From Muribaculaceae bacterium (GTDB lineage Bacteria; Bacteroidota; Bacteroidia; Bacteroidales; Muribaculaceae): a stretch of 64,000 nucleotides of DNA. The position numbers and the translations under genes were made by a program. The first letter of the stretch is position 1; the number at the start of each line of letters is the position of its first letter. The notes under the pieces were generated by a model, which was given only the letters and a program-made list of their open reading frames with translations, was not told where the DNA came from and did no database searches. Shown piece by piece: positions 19,883 to 29,054 of this stretch. The stretch is from assembly GCA_022509085.1 (NCBI GenBank), contig JAFLTW010000002.1:54455-118454 (forward strand), in the 5' to 3' direction.

Positions 19883-19933
19883 TATGTTAGTCTTAAATTT
19901 TTTTGCGGAAATATCTGTTCGCGATATTAACTG

Positions 19934-19965
19934 CAAAATTAGCAACCTTATTAAAATAATACAAG
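19934..19965 (-). promoter_or_regulatory. susC promoter
   Basis: TAATTTTG (19941-19934) with CTTG 20 nt upstream. Confidence 0.65.
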
Positions 19966-20138
19966 AAATCAGAGAGATAATTGCTCTAAAAAAACTCTAC
20001 ATTAACAAAATTTCACCTCTCAAACACTATATTTCACATAATTTAATAACCTGAAATTTCGTTAAATTAAGTGAAAATATGCTATACAACATGTTTTCAC
20101 CATAACTCTATTTGAAAGAATTTTGCTTGTTTTGCGCC

Positions 20139-23036
20139 ATGAATTCCGGTTGTGTGAAATTTTACGTCTCGATCCTTCTGCTTCTCTGCGTTCCGCTGGG
20201 CGGTTTTGCCATCGGTTTCGCCCCGGTGAGAAACTTCTCGCGTCATAACTACGGTGCCGGACCGCAAAACTGGTCGGTTGCTCAAGACGCCTCCGGGAGG
20301 GTCTATTTCGGCAACAGTTTCGGTATGCTGAAATACGACGGCGCGCGCTGGAGTCTCCACCCGCTGCCCAACTATACCGCCGTAAGGGCCGTGCTGGCCG
20401 ATAGGGAGTCGGGACGCATATATGCCGGTGGACACGATGAATTCGGATATTTTCACAACGATCCTCTTACCCGCCGCCTCCAGTATGTCTCTATGGCCTC
20501 GCTGCTTCCTGATGGCCACGGCAGCGTGGGAGAGGTGTGGCACATTCACCGGCTTGGTAAAGAGACGATGGCGTTTCAGGCTGATTACAAAATAATTCTC
20601 TTTGAAGGCCCAAACGTCAGGATCCTCACAAGCCACGATAAACTGATCGCCTCCGGAACGGTAAGAGGCTCGCTCTATGCAGGAACCGAAAACGGCAAGC
20701 TCCTGTGCCTGAAGGGAAACAGGCTGCAAAGTCTGGGTGTCCTGCCCGGCACTGCCCGAATTGTGGCCATCCTTCCCTATCAGGAGGATAAGCTGCTGAT
20801 TGTGACCGCCACAGCCGGTCTTTACTCTTACGACGGGCGCTCATTCCGGCAGGAAAACTGGGATATATCTCACTTTCTGATAGAAAACCATGCTTTCAGC
20901 GCCACCTATGCCGACAATGTCTATGCCTTCGGTACGGTCAACGACGGTGCCGTGGTGAAAGACCTGCAGACCGGGATGACTGACTATATCAATAAGGCTA
21001 CTGGACTGCAAGACAACACGGTGTTGAATCTCGGGTTCGACCTCTCCTCCAACATCTGGCTTTGCCTTGACAACGGGGTGAGCTACGCGCTCGTGGATTC
21101 CCCCTTTTTCAACTTTCTGGGTGACTCGTCGGAGGCCGGTGCCGGCTACTCTTCAATGCTGAGGGGCTCAACGCTCTATCTTGCCACCAACCGCGGACTT
21201 TTCTCCACACCCTATCCGCCGTTAGGAGGTCCCAATCCCCCGGCTCTGCATCGCCTGCACAGCGGGCAGGTGTGGAGCCTCGATTCCATAGGCACCACTC
21301 TCTTCGTCTCGGCGGATGACGGTCTCTATACCATTCAAGGCTCTGCCAACGCGCCCCTTAAACTCGACGGCATAAGGAGCGGCAGCTGGTTTGTGGCTCC
21401 GCTTGCCTCCCATCCCGGAAAGGCTCTCGCTTCCACCTACAACGGTTTCTATCTCCTCTCATATGATGCCGGCCGCTGGCACGCCTCTGGCAAAGTGGAG
21501 GGCTACGACGATGCCGGTGGAAAGTTTGTAGAAGCCCCTGACGGTAGCCTTTGGATCTCACATTGGCTTAAGGGCGTATATAGGCTCCGGCTTTCATCTG
21601 ACCTAAAAGGATTCGATGAAGTAAAACTCTACAATACGGCCGACGGATTGCCGGAAGACCGTAACAACGCAGTGACTATGGATAGGGGAGAAGTGAGGAT
21701 TACGGCTGCCGACGGTTCGTTTTATGTCGTGAAGGCTGACGGAAGTCTGGAGCGGGACCGACGCCTCTCGAGCCTGGTGCCTCTCCACCAGCCTGCCCAT
21801 CTCTTCCCCTTGGCCGGAGGTGTATCGCTTGCTCTATCCCCTGATTTGGTGTGGAAAATAACACCCGACGGCAAGAAGGGCGCCTCTATCGACTCCATCA
21901 GTCTGCGTCAGATAAGCCGGTCGTTGATACCCGGTTTTGAACACGTGGGGCTCCTTGCCGACGGTGAGATTCTTGTGAGCCATCAGGAGGGATTTTTCGC
22001 CGTAGACCTTAGGGAAAAGAAGGCTACACCCTGGCGAAACGGGGTGTTCGTGGAGTCGCTCGTGGCCGGAGACTCCATTATGTTTGCCGGTATGCCTTAT
22101 GACGCAACCCTCAACCTTGAGATTCCATACTCTCTTAACTCCCTTACGTTCAACTTTGCAGCTCCGGAATACCGCCGTGATGCCGGGGTGCTCTACAGCT
22201 TCATGCTCGAGGGCTACGACAAAGGATGGAGTTCTCCGTCGGAGTCCCCGACTAAGGAGTATACGCGGCTCGGAGAGGGCAAATACACGATGAGGGTGAG
22301 AGCCCTCAATAGCGTTACGGGCGAGACTGCCGAGTCGGCCTTCCAGTTCTCAATCCTCCCGCCCTGGTATCGCTCCATGTGGGCTTGGATTGTCTACTCT
22401 CTGCTTGCCCTGATCATCCTATATGTGGCGTACCTATGGCTGGCGTCTTATTCACAACGTAAGGCCCGCAAGATTGAAGAGCAGAAGGAGGCGGAAATGG
22501 AAATCATGAGGAAGGAGGCGGAGAAGGAGGCCCTGAGGAAAGACTATGAAATTGCGGCCCTAAAGAGCGACCAGTTGGAACTCGACATCAAGCATAAGAG
22601 TTCGGAGCTCAGCAACACCACGATGAACGTGATACGCAAGAACGAGATCCTGCTCGACATTGCCTCAATGCTCTCCAAACTTCATGAGAAGGCACGGGAG
22701 GAGGGAAAGTGGACCCCGAATATGAAGAAGGAGGTAGACAAGATTCAGGCCTTGATTCAGGATAATATCAGCCATGACGACGACTGGAAGAAGTTTCATC
22801 AGAATTTCGACATCGTCTACGCCGACTTCACCAAACACCTCACCGAGCTGCATCCCACCCTCACCGTGCAGGAGAAGCGGCTCTGCTGCTATCTCAAGAT
22901 GGGACTCTCGAGCAAGGAGATTGCCCCAATCTTCAGCATCTCTCCCAAAAGTGTGGAGATGAACCGCTACCGTCTGCGGCGCAAGATGGGTCTCGAACGC
23001 GAAGACAACCTCGTGGAATACCTCCAAAACATATAA
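20139..23036 (+). CDS. Membrane sensor-regulator: periplasmic propeller + Y_Y_Y + TM + coiled coil + LuxR HTH (HTCS-like, no kinase)
   Basis: GAGPQNW, YSFMLEGYD.GWS, GEGKYTMRVRA, PPWY, C-terminal LT..EKRLC.YLKMGLSSKEIA; start uncertain (20112 or 20139). Confidence 0.9.
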   Translation: MNSGCVKFYVSILLLLCVPLGGFAIGFAPVRNFSRHNYGAGPQNWSVAQDASGRVYFGNSFGMLKYDGARWSLHPLPNYTAVRAVLADRESGRIYAGGHDEFGYFHNDPLTRRLQYVSMASLLPDGHGSVGEVWHIHRLGKETMAFQADYKIILFEGPNVRILTSHDKLIASGTVRGSLYAGTENGKLLCLKGNRLQSLGVLPGTARIVAILPYQEDKLLIVTATAGLYSYDGRSFRQENWDISHFLIENHAFSATYADNVYAFGTVNDGAVVKDLQTGMTDYINKATGLQDNTVLNLGFDLSSNIWLCLDNGVSYALVDSPFFNFLGDSSEAGAGYSSMLRGSTLYLATNRGLFSTPYPPLGGPNPPALHRLHSGQVWSLDSIGTTLFVSADDGLYTIQGSANAPLKLDGIRSGSWFVAPLASHPGKALASTYNGFYLLSYDAGRWHASGKVEGYDDAGGKFVEAPDGSLWISHWLKGVYRLRLSSDLKGFDEVKLYNTADGLPEDRNNAVTMDRGEVRITAADGSFYVVKADGSLERDRRLSSLVPLHQPAHLFPLAGGVSLALSPDLVWKITPDGKKGASIDSISLRQISRSLIPGFEHVGLLADGEILVSHQEGFFAVDLREKKATPWRNGVFVESLVAGDSIMFAGMPYDATLNLEIPYSLNSLTFNFAAPEYRRDAGVLYSFMLEGYDKGWSSPSESPTKEYTRLGEGKYTMRVRALNSVTGETAESAFQFSILPPWYRSMWAWIVYSLLALIILYVAYLWLASYSQRKARKIEEQKEAEMEIMRKEAEKEALRKDYEIAALKSDQLELDIKHKSSELSNTTMNVIRKNEILLDIASMLSKLHEKAREEGKWTPNMKKEVDKIQALIQDNISHDDDWKKFHQNFDIVYADFTKHLTELHPTLTVQEKRLCCYLKMGLSSKEIAPIFSISPKSVEMNRYRLRRKMGLEREDNLVEYLQNI

Positions 23037-23070
23037 GAAAAGCTCCCAAAGGAACCCGCGCGCTAACCGC

Positions 23071-23100
23071 CAAAAAAAAAGCTCCCGTTGCCGAGAGCTT
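23071..23100 (-). terminator. tRNA-Pro terminator (second copy at about 23175-23205)
   Basis: AAAGCTC/GAGCTTT stem with T-tract on minus strand. Confidence 0.75.
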
Positions 23101-23106
23101 TGTATG

Positions 23107-23173
23107 TCGGGGTGAAAGGATTCGAACCTTCGACCCCCTGGTCCCAAACCCAAAGGAACCCGCGCGCTAACTG
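23107..23173 (-). pseudogene. Degenerate partial tRNA-Pro copy
   Basis: Anticodon loop to 3' end duplicated (23107-23150); D-arm-like GCGCTAACTG at 23164-23173. Confidence 0.75.
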
Positions 23174-23210
23174 CCAAAAGAAAAGCTCCCGTTGCCGAGA
23201 GCTTTGTATG

Positions 23211-23285
23211 TCGGGGTGAAAGGATTCGAACCTTCGACCACCTGGTCCCAAACCAGGTGCGCTAACCGGACTGCGCTACACCCCG
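23211..23285 (-). tRNA. tRNA-Pro (anticodon TGG), CCA not encoded
   Basis: CGGGGTGTAGCGCAGTCCGGTTAGCGCACCTGGTTTGGGACCAGGTGGTCGAAGGTTCGAATCCTTTCACCCCGA. Confidence 0.97.
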
Positions 23286-23303
23286 TGCCTTCTATTGACG
23301 TTG

Positions 23304-23335
23304 CAAAATTACGAAAAAAATCAATTTCCCGCAAG
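23304..23335 (-). promoter_or_regulatory. tRNA-Pro promoter
   Basis: TAATTTTG (23311-23304), CTTG 20 nt upstream. Confidence 0.65.
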
Positions 23336-23344
23336 CACCGCGCC

Positions 23345-24452
23345 TTATTCGTGGAATTCCATAAGGTAGGCCTTGATGAAGGCGTCGATGTCGCCATCCA
23401 TCACTCCGCCCACGTCTGAGGTCTGGTAGTTGGTGCGGTGGTCTTTCACGCGCCGGTCGTCGAAGACGTAGCTGCGTATCTGGCTGCCCCACTCTATCTT
23501 CTTCTTCCCGGCCTCTACCTTGGCCTTCTCCTGAAGTCGGTGCTGAAGCTCCTTCTCGTAGAGTATCGACTTGAGGTGACGTATGGCGTTCTCCTTGTTT
23601 TTCGGCTGGTCGCGGGTCTCCGTGTTCTCAATCAGTATCTCCTCCTGCTCCCCGGTATAGGGGTCGGTAAACTGATATCGAAGTCGCACGCCTGACTCCA
23701 CCTTGTTGACATTCTGGCCGCCGGCACCTCCCGACCGGAAGGTGTCCCAGGAGAGCAGTGCGGGATTTACCACCACCTCGATGGTGTCGTCGACAAGCGG
23801 GGTGACAAACACGGAGGCAAACGATGTCATCCTCTTTCCCTGGGCGTTGTAGGGGCTGACCCTCACGAGCCGGTGCACTCCGTTCTCGCTCTTCAGGAAC
23901 CCGTAGGCATAGTCGCCCTCGATATTGATGGTTACAGACTTTATGCCGGCGTCGTCAGCCTCCAGAAGTTGGGCTATCGACACCTTGTAGCCGTGGCGTT
24001 CGGCATAGCGCAGGTAAAGCCTCATGAGCATCTGGGCCCAATCCTGGCTCTCAGTGCCCCCGGCTCCCGAGTTGATGCGAAGCACCACCCCAAGCTTGTC
24101 TTCCTCGCGACGCAACATGTTGCGAAGCTCAAGTTTCTCAAGAAGGTCGACCGTGGAGGCATACTGGCTGTCGAGCTCCTGCTCCGAAACGAGCCCCTCC
24201 TTGAGGAAATCGAACGACAGTCCAAGCTCTTCCACCTGCTTCTCAAGTTCTTCGTATGAATTGATCCAGAACTGCAGTTCCTTGATCTTGCGCATCTGCG
24301 CTTCGGCCGCCTCACGGTTTTCCCAAAAGTCGGCCACATGGGTGCGGAGTTCCTCTTCTTCTACCTCGATTTTCTTGCTATCGATGTCAAAGATACCTCC
24401 TCAGCGCCAACTTGCGCTCTACCACGTCTTTGTATTGATCCTGGGTAGTCAT
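23345..24452 (-). CDS. prfB: Peptide chain release factor 2, programmed +1 frameshift
   Basis: MTTQDQYKDVVERKLALRRYL-(CTT TGA C) joins DIDSKKIEVEEEE...; SPY and GGQ motifs present. Confidence 0.97.
24386..24401 (-). promoter_or_regulatory. prfB frameshift site with internal SD-like AGGAGG
   Basis: AGGAGG-TAT-CTTTGAC on minus strand. Confidence 0.93.
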
Positions 24453-24490
24453 ATTAAAAGGTTTTTGTTTATGTGTTTTTTTGTTGTCGA

Positions 24491-26803
24491 TTATTTCGGT
24501 TCCATCAGCTTCTTTGCCTCCTCGAAGGTGAGGGCCTCCGGATTCATGTTCTTGGGTATCTTGTAGTTGGTGGCCTTCTTCGCTCCGGCCGGCTTGTAGG
24601 CCAGGTAAGGGCCAAACCTTCCCTTCAGCACTTCCAGACCCGGCATTTCGGGGAAGGCCTTGATGTGGCTCTCGCGCTCCTTCTGCCGTTTCTTCTCAAT
24701 CAGGTCTACAGATTCCTCCAGTGTGATCACCTCCGGAGCCGGCCCTCCCTTGGGGATGCTTACGAAGAGATTGTCGAATTTCACGTAGGGGCCGAAGCGT
24801 CCCGATGAGGCCTGCACGGGTTTTCCCTCATATTCTCCAACGAGTCTGGGAAGGTCGAAGAGCTTCAACGCCTCCTCGAGGGTTATTGTGGAGATGCTGT
24901 GGCCCGCGCCGAGACTTGCGAAACGGGGCTTTTCATCGTCGGTGGCCTCGCCGATCTGGGCGATGGGTCCGAAGCGGCCTATCTTGACATAGACGGGTTT
25001 GCCGCTCTTGGGGTCGGTGCCCAGCAGCCGCTCGCCCACCTTGTGTTCAGTGCGCTCGGCCACGGAGTTCTCAATCATGGGGTGGAAGTCGCCGTAGAAA
25101 GTGCTTATCTCGTCTTTCCATTCAAGATTGCCCTCGGCTATCTCGTCAAACTTCTCCTCTACCTTGGCCGTGAAATTATAGTCGAGGATGTCGGGGAAGT
25201 GCTGTGTGAGATAGTCGTTTACGATCATACCGATGTCGGTGGGCACGAGTTTGCCCTTCTCCGAACCGGTGTTTTCCGTCAGTTTCTTTTTCTTCACCTT
25301 GTCTCCCTCAAGTGTGAGCAGCATGTACGAGCGTTTTTCGCCCGGTTTCTCTCCTTTCTCTATGTAGTCGCGGGCTGTGATGGTGGAGATTGTGGGTGCG
25401 TAGGTGGAGGGTCGGCCTATGCCAAGCTCCTCCATCTTCTTCACGAGGGTGGCTTCCGTGTATCGGGCCGGAGGGAGTGTGAAACGCTCGGTGGCCGTTA
25501 TCTCCTCCGCCTTGAGCCGCTCGCCGGCCTGGAGTTCGGGGAGGGTCGTGCTCTTGTCGCTGCGCTCGGTGGGAGAGTACACCTTGAGGAAACCTTCGAA
25601 TTTTATCACCTCGCCTTCGGCGCGGAACACGCCGTCGACCCCCGTTTCTGCCTCCTTGTTGCCTTTCACTGCGATGTCTACGGTGGTTTTCTCCACTTCT
25701 GCGTCTGCCATCTGTGAAGCTACGGTGCGCTGCCAGATGAGGTCGTAGAGGCGCTGCTCATGTTCGCCGAGCCCTACTGTCCGTTTGTCGGTATAGGTGG
25801 GGCGTATGGCCTCGTGGGCCTCCTGCGCTCCCTTGGAGGTGGTATGGTATTTCCTTATCTTGAGGAAGTCTTTGCCGAAATCCTTCTCTATCACTCTCCC
25901 TATGTCTCCAAGGGCAAGGTTGGAGAGGTTGAGGGAGTCGGTTCGCATGTAGGTGATGTGTCCCTCTTCATATAGCTTCTGCGCAAGCCGCATTGTCTGG
26001 CTCACGCTGTAGCCCAGTTTCTGGTGGGCGGCCTGCTGCAGGGTGGAGGTGGTGAAGGGGGGCAGCGGAGTCCGCTTGAGCGGCTTCACGCTCACGTCTT
26101 TCACCTCGAATTCAGCTCCCGCACACTGGCGGAGCAGCTCCTCGGCTTCCTTCTCTGTGTGGAGCCTCCTGGAGAATTCTGTTTTGAAGACCGCGCCTGT
26201 GCCGTCGCCTTTCTGCATCTCGGCATTCACTCGGAAGAAGGGCTCGGGCTTGAAGGCGAGCACCTCTTTCTCTCTCTCGCAGATGAGGCGCACGGCAACA
26301 CTCTGCACCCTGCCGGCCGACAGTGCCGGTTTGATCTTGCGCCAGAGTACCGGACTCAGCTCAAAACCCACGATGCGGTCGAGCACGCGACGCGCCTGCT
26401 GCGCGTTGACGCGGTTGATGTCGATGGAGCGGGGATTCTCGATGGCTCCGAGTATGGCCGGCTTCGTGATCTCGTGAAACACGATGCGGCGGGTGTTCTC
26501 GGACTTCAGTCCGAGCACCTCGAACAGATGCCAGGCTATGGCCTCTCCCTCACGGTCTTCATCGGAGGCAAGCCATATCATGTCGGCCTTCTTTACTTCC
26601 CCCTTAAGCTTGCGGACGAGTTCCTTCTTTTCATCGGGAATCTCGTAGATAGGGTCGATAGTGGAGTCAGACTTTATGTCAAGACCTTTCTTCGCAAGGT
26701 CGCGGATGTGGCCGTAGCTTGACAACACCTTATAGTCTTTGCCGAGAAATTTCTCTATCGTCTTGGCCTTCGCCGGTGATTCTACTATTACTAAATTCTT
26801 CAT
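24491..26803 (-). CDS. topA: DNA topoisomerase I
   Basis: LVIVESPAKAKTI, DEDREGEAIAWH, GHITYMRTDS, C-terminal GRFGP repeats. Confidence 0.97.
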   Translation of the reverse strand: MKNLVIVESPAKAKTIEKFLGKDYKVLSSYGHIRDLAKKGLDIKSDSTIDPIYEIPDEKKELVRKLKGEVKKADMIWLASDEDREGEAIAWHLFEVLGLKSENTRRIVFHEITKPAILGAIENPRSIDINRVNAQQARRVLDRIVGFELSPVLWRKIKPALSAGRVQSVAVRLICEREKEVLAFKPEPFFRVNAEMQKGDGTGAVFKTEFSRRLHTEKEAEELLRQCAGAEFEVKDVSVKPLKRTPLPPFTTSTLQQAAHQKLGYSVSQTMRLAQKLYEEGHITYMRTDSLNLSNLALGDIGRVIEKDFGKDFLKIRKYHTTSKGAQEAHEAIRPTYTDKRTVGLGEHEQRLYDLIWQRTVASQMADAEVEKTTVDIAVKGNKEAETGVDGVFRAEGEVIKFEGFLKVYSPTERSDKSTTLPELQAGERLKAEEITATERFTLPPARYTEATLVKKMEELGIGRPSTYAPTISTITARDYIEKGEKPGEKRSYMLLTLEGDKVKKKKLTENTGSEKGKLVPTDIGMIVNDYLTQHFPDILDYNFTAKVEEKFDEIAEGNLEWKDEISTFYGDFHPMIENSVAERTEHKVGERLLGTDPKSGKPVYVKIGRFGPIAQIGEATDDEKPRFASLGAGHSISTITLEEALKLFDLPRLVGEYEGKPVQASSGRFGPYVKFDNLFVSIPKGGPAPEVITLEESVDLIEKKRQKERESHIKAFPEMPGLEVLKGRFGPYLAYKPAGAKKATNYKIPKNMNPEALTFEEAKKLMEPK

Positions 26804-26881
26804 TCAGGAGTCTGCACTTAATTTCGGCCACTCTCTCTTATAATCTCTTATAATAAGGAGTCGCTCAAATTAATTTGGGCG

Positions 26882-26913
26882 CAAAATTACAAAAATCTTC
26901 GAAACTACACAAA
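26882..26913 (-). promoter_or_regulatory. topA promoter
   Basis: TTTG-N20-TAATTTTG. Confidence 0.75.
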
Positions 26914-27018
26914 ATCCCTCCGAAATCCCTCCAATTTCCCTGATCTCGACAGTGGCGTCCCAAAAACTATTTCGGCCGGCTTTTGGTTTATTAATTAGTT
27001 AGCTAATGAGAATATAAT

Positions 27019-28092
27019 ATGATTTATCCCAAACTGATAACTGAAAAACTGGAGAGCGTGCGCTATCCGGGCAACGGTAAATCGCTTACCGAAAACGGAA
27101 TGGTGGAGGATATCCACATCGACGGTAACCATGTCTCTCTCTCAATCCTGTTCGACAAAGAAGGCGACCCCTTCGCCGCCAGCACCGTAAGGAGCGCCGA
27201 GGCGACGCTGCGCCGCGAGCTCGGCCCCGAGGTGGAGGTCTCCGTCTCACCTAAATATAATGTCGAAAAAACTAAGGAACCGAAGGAGAAACCTCTCAAG
27301 AATGTGAAATATAAGATCGGAATCTCCTCGGGAAAGGGAGGTGTGGGAAAATCTACCGTAGCCGCCAACCTGGCAGTGGCTCTTGCTTCACAGGGTTTTA
27401 AGGTGGGCCTGCTCGACGCCGACATCTTCGGTCCCTCGGTGCCCAAGATGTTCGGGGTGGAAGACGAAGGCCTGTATATGGTGAATCAGGAGGGTCGCGA
27501 CTGGATTGAGCCCGTGGAGAAATACGGCGTAAAGATGCTCTCCATCGGGTTTGTGGTCGATAAGCGGAAGGCCGTGGTGTGGCGCGGCACGATGGCCAGC
27601 AATGCGCTGCGCCAGCTGATCACCGACGCATGGTGGGGCGACCTCGATTTCTTCCTTATCGACCTGCCGCCGGGCACGAGCGACATTCATCTCACCCTCG
27701 TGCAGACCCTCGACCTCGACGGCGCAATTATCGTCACCACCCCTCAGGAGGTGGCCCTCGCCGATGCCCGCAAGGGTGTCGAGATGTTTCAGAATGATAA
27801 AATCAACGTCCCCGTGCTGGGTATAGTGGAGAATATGGCCTGGTTTACACCCCTTACGCATCCGGAAGAGAAATACTATATCTTCGGCAACGGCGGTGGT
27901 GTGCGTCTCGCCGACGAACTCCACGTGCCCCTGCTGGCCCAGATCCCGCTCGTTGCCGAGATCTGCGAGAAGGCCGACGCCGGAGCGCCCGTCTCGCTGG
28001 CCCTGGCGGCAATGCCTGCCGACAATGTGACGATGAATCCCGTGGCCCGGGCTTTCCACGACCTGTCGGTGCAGCTCCTTTCCAGGGTTTAG
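27019..28092 (+). CDS. mrp: Mrp/NBP35 Fe-S cluster carrier ATPase
   Basis: SGKGGVGKST, DADIFGPS, DLPPGTSD, GIVENM. Confidence 0.95.
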   Translation: MIYPKLITEKLESVRYPGNGKSLTENGMVEDIHIDGNHVSLSILFDKEGDPFAASTVRSAEATLRRELGPEVEVSVSPKYNVEKTKEPKEKPLKNVKYKIGISSGKGGVGKSTVAANLAVALASQGFKVGLLDADIFGPSVPKMFGVEDEGLYMVNQEGRDWIEPVEKYGVKMLSIGFVVDKRKAVVWRGTMASNALRQLITDAWWGDLDFFLIDLPPGTSDIHLTLVQTLDLDGAIIVTTPQEVALADARKGVEMFQNDKINVPVLGIVENMAWFTPLTHPEEKYYIFGNGGGVRLADELHVPLLAQIPLVAEICEKADAGAPVSLALAAMPADNVTMNPVARAFHDLSVQLLSRV

Positions 28093-28128
28093 AAAGCGGA
28101 GGACGGTCCTTTTTGAAGCAAGCCCTTT

Positions 28129-29031
28129 TTAGAATTCGGAGAAGAAGTGGGGCCGGAACACGATGCCTACCCTCAGGCGTGAGTGAAACTGATTGTAGTC
28201 AATCATGTTCTCGCCATACCCGTTGTAGTATTGCACCAGCAGGTTGAGGTTGGTCTTGTCGCTCACACGCCATATGAAGTCTACGATTGTGTTGAAGTTG
28301 AGGTTCCAGCCAGCGCGCTTCACGAGTGTCAGCCCCAGCGACAGTTTTTTGCTTGGGGTATAGGCCACAAACCCCGTCTGCCAGATGCCCGAGTAGCGAA
28401 GTATGTCGCGGTTGTTCTGCCCATCTACAATCGGTATCCAGAATTTCGAGTGCACCATCAGCCACTCGTTGATCAGCGCCGACCCTGCCAACGACACCTT
28501 GTTCCAGCTCCTCGACTCTGTGCCGTCCTTGCCGTTGCTCTCATGCTCCACGAGCAGCGTGAGCTTGCCTATATAACGATCTTCTATGAAGAATGGGCGA
28601 CTCAGTCCGATGCCGGGGTTGAAGTTGAGGTCGCGCATTGGCAGTGATTCCTGAAACACATTCCAGAAGGCCTTCTGCGTATACATAAGAAAGAGGAAGG
28701 TGTTCCAGGGCAGGGTGTTGTTCGTGAGCCGGATGGCCAGCGAGATCTGAAATTTTACGTCCGAGTTGATGGCGTTGGGTTTGTGGATGGTCGAGGTCCC
28801 CACCAGAAAGTAGTTGTCTTTGTAAAAACCGAAGAAGGGACCGTAGCGCAGTTCCCGTTTCAGCGAGTCGCGGTAGGCCTCCTCATTGGGTGCCGACAGT
28901 ATCTGAGCCGAGGCCCGCTGCGGCACGAATGCTGCCCCCGCTATCACGAGCAGTAGCAACAAAATAAGCGCCCGGAATCCACGGGACTCCGAACGTCTGC
29001 GGGCAGGGGAGGCGGTTCCGCATCGTTTCAC
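28129..29031 (-). CDS. pldA: Outer membrane phospholipase A (OMPLA)
   Basis: KFQISL, YTQKAFW, N.NPGI, HESNG....SRSWN, YYNGYGE..IDYN; start uncertain (GTG 29031). Confidence 0.9.
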   Translation of the reverse strand: MKRCGTASPARRRSESRGFRALILLLLLVIAGAAFVPQRASAQILSAPNEEAYRDSLKRELRYGPFFGFYKDNYFLVGTSTIHKPNAINSDVKFQISLAIRLTNNTLPWNTFLFLMYTQKAFWNVFQESLPMRDLNFNPGIGLSRPFFIEDRYIGKLTLLVEHESNGKDGTESRSWNKVSLAGSALINEWLMVHSKFWIPIVDGQNNRDILRYSGIWQTGFVAYTPSKKLSLGLTLVKRAGWNLNFNTIVDFIWRVSDKTNLNLLVQYYNGYGENMIDYNQFHSRLRVGIVFRPHFFSEF

Positions 29032-29054
29032 GTTGCAAATTTAATCAAAATTTA

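Larger units (their letters stand above)
23045..23254. repeat. 104-bp tandem duplication containing the tRNA-Pro 3' half and its terminator
   Basis: 23045-23150 vs 23149-23254, three substitutions. Confidence 0.95.

Noticed and set aside
24338-24452. prfB as a pseudogene because of an in-frame TGA
   Set aside because: It is the conserved programmed CTT-TGA-C frameshift.
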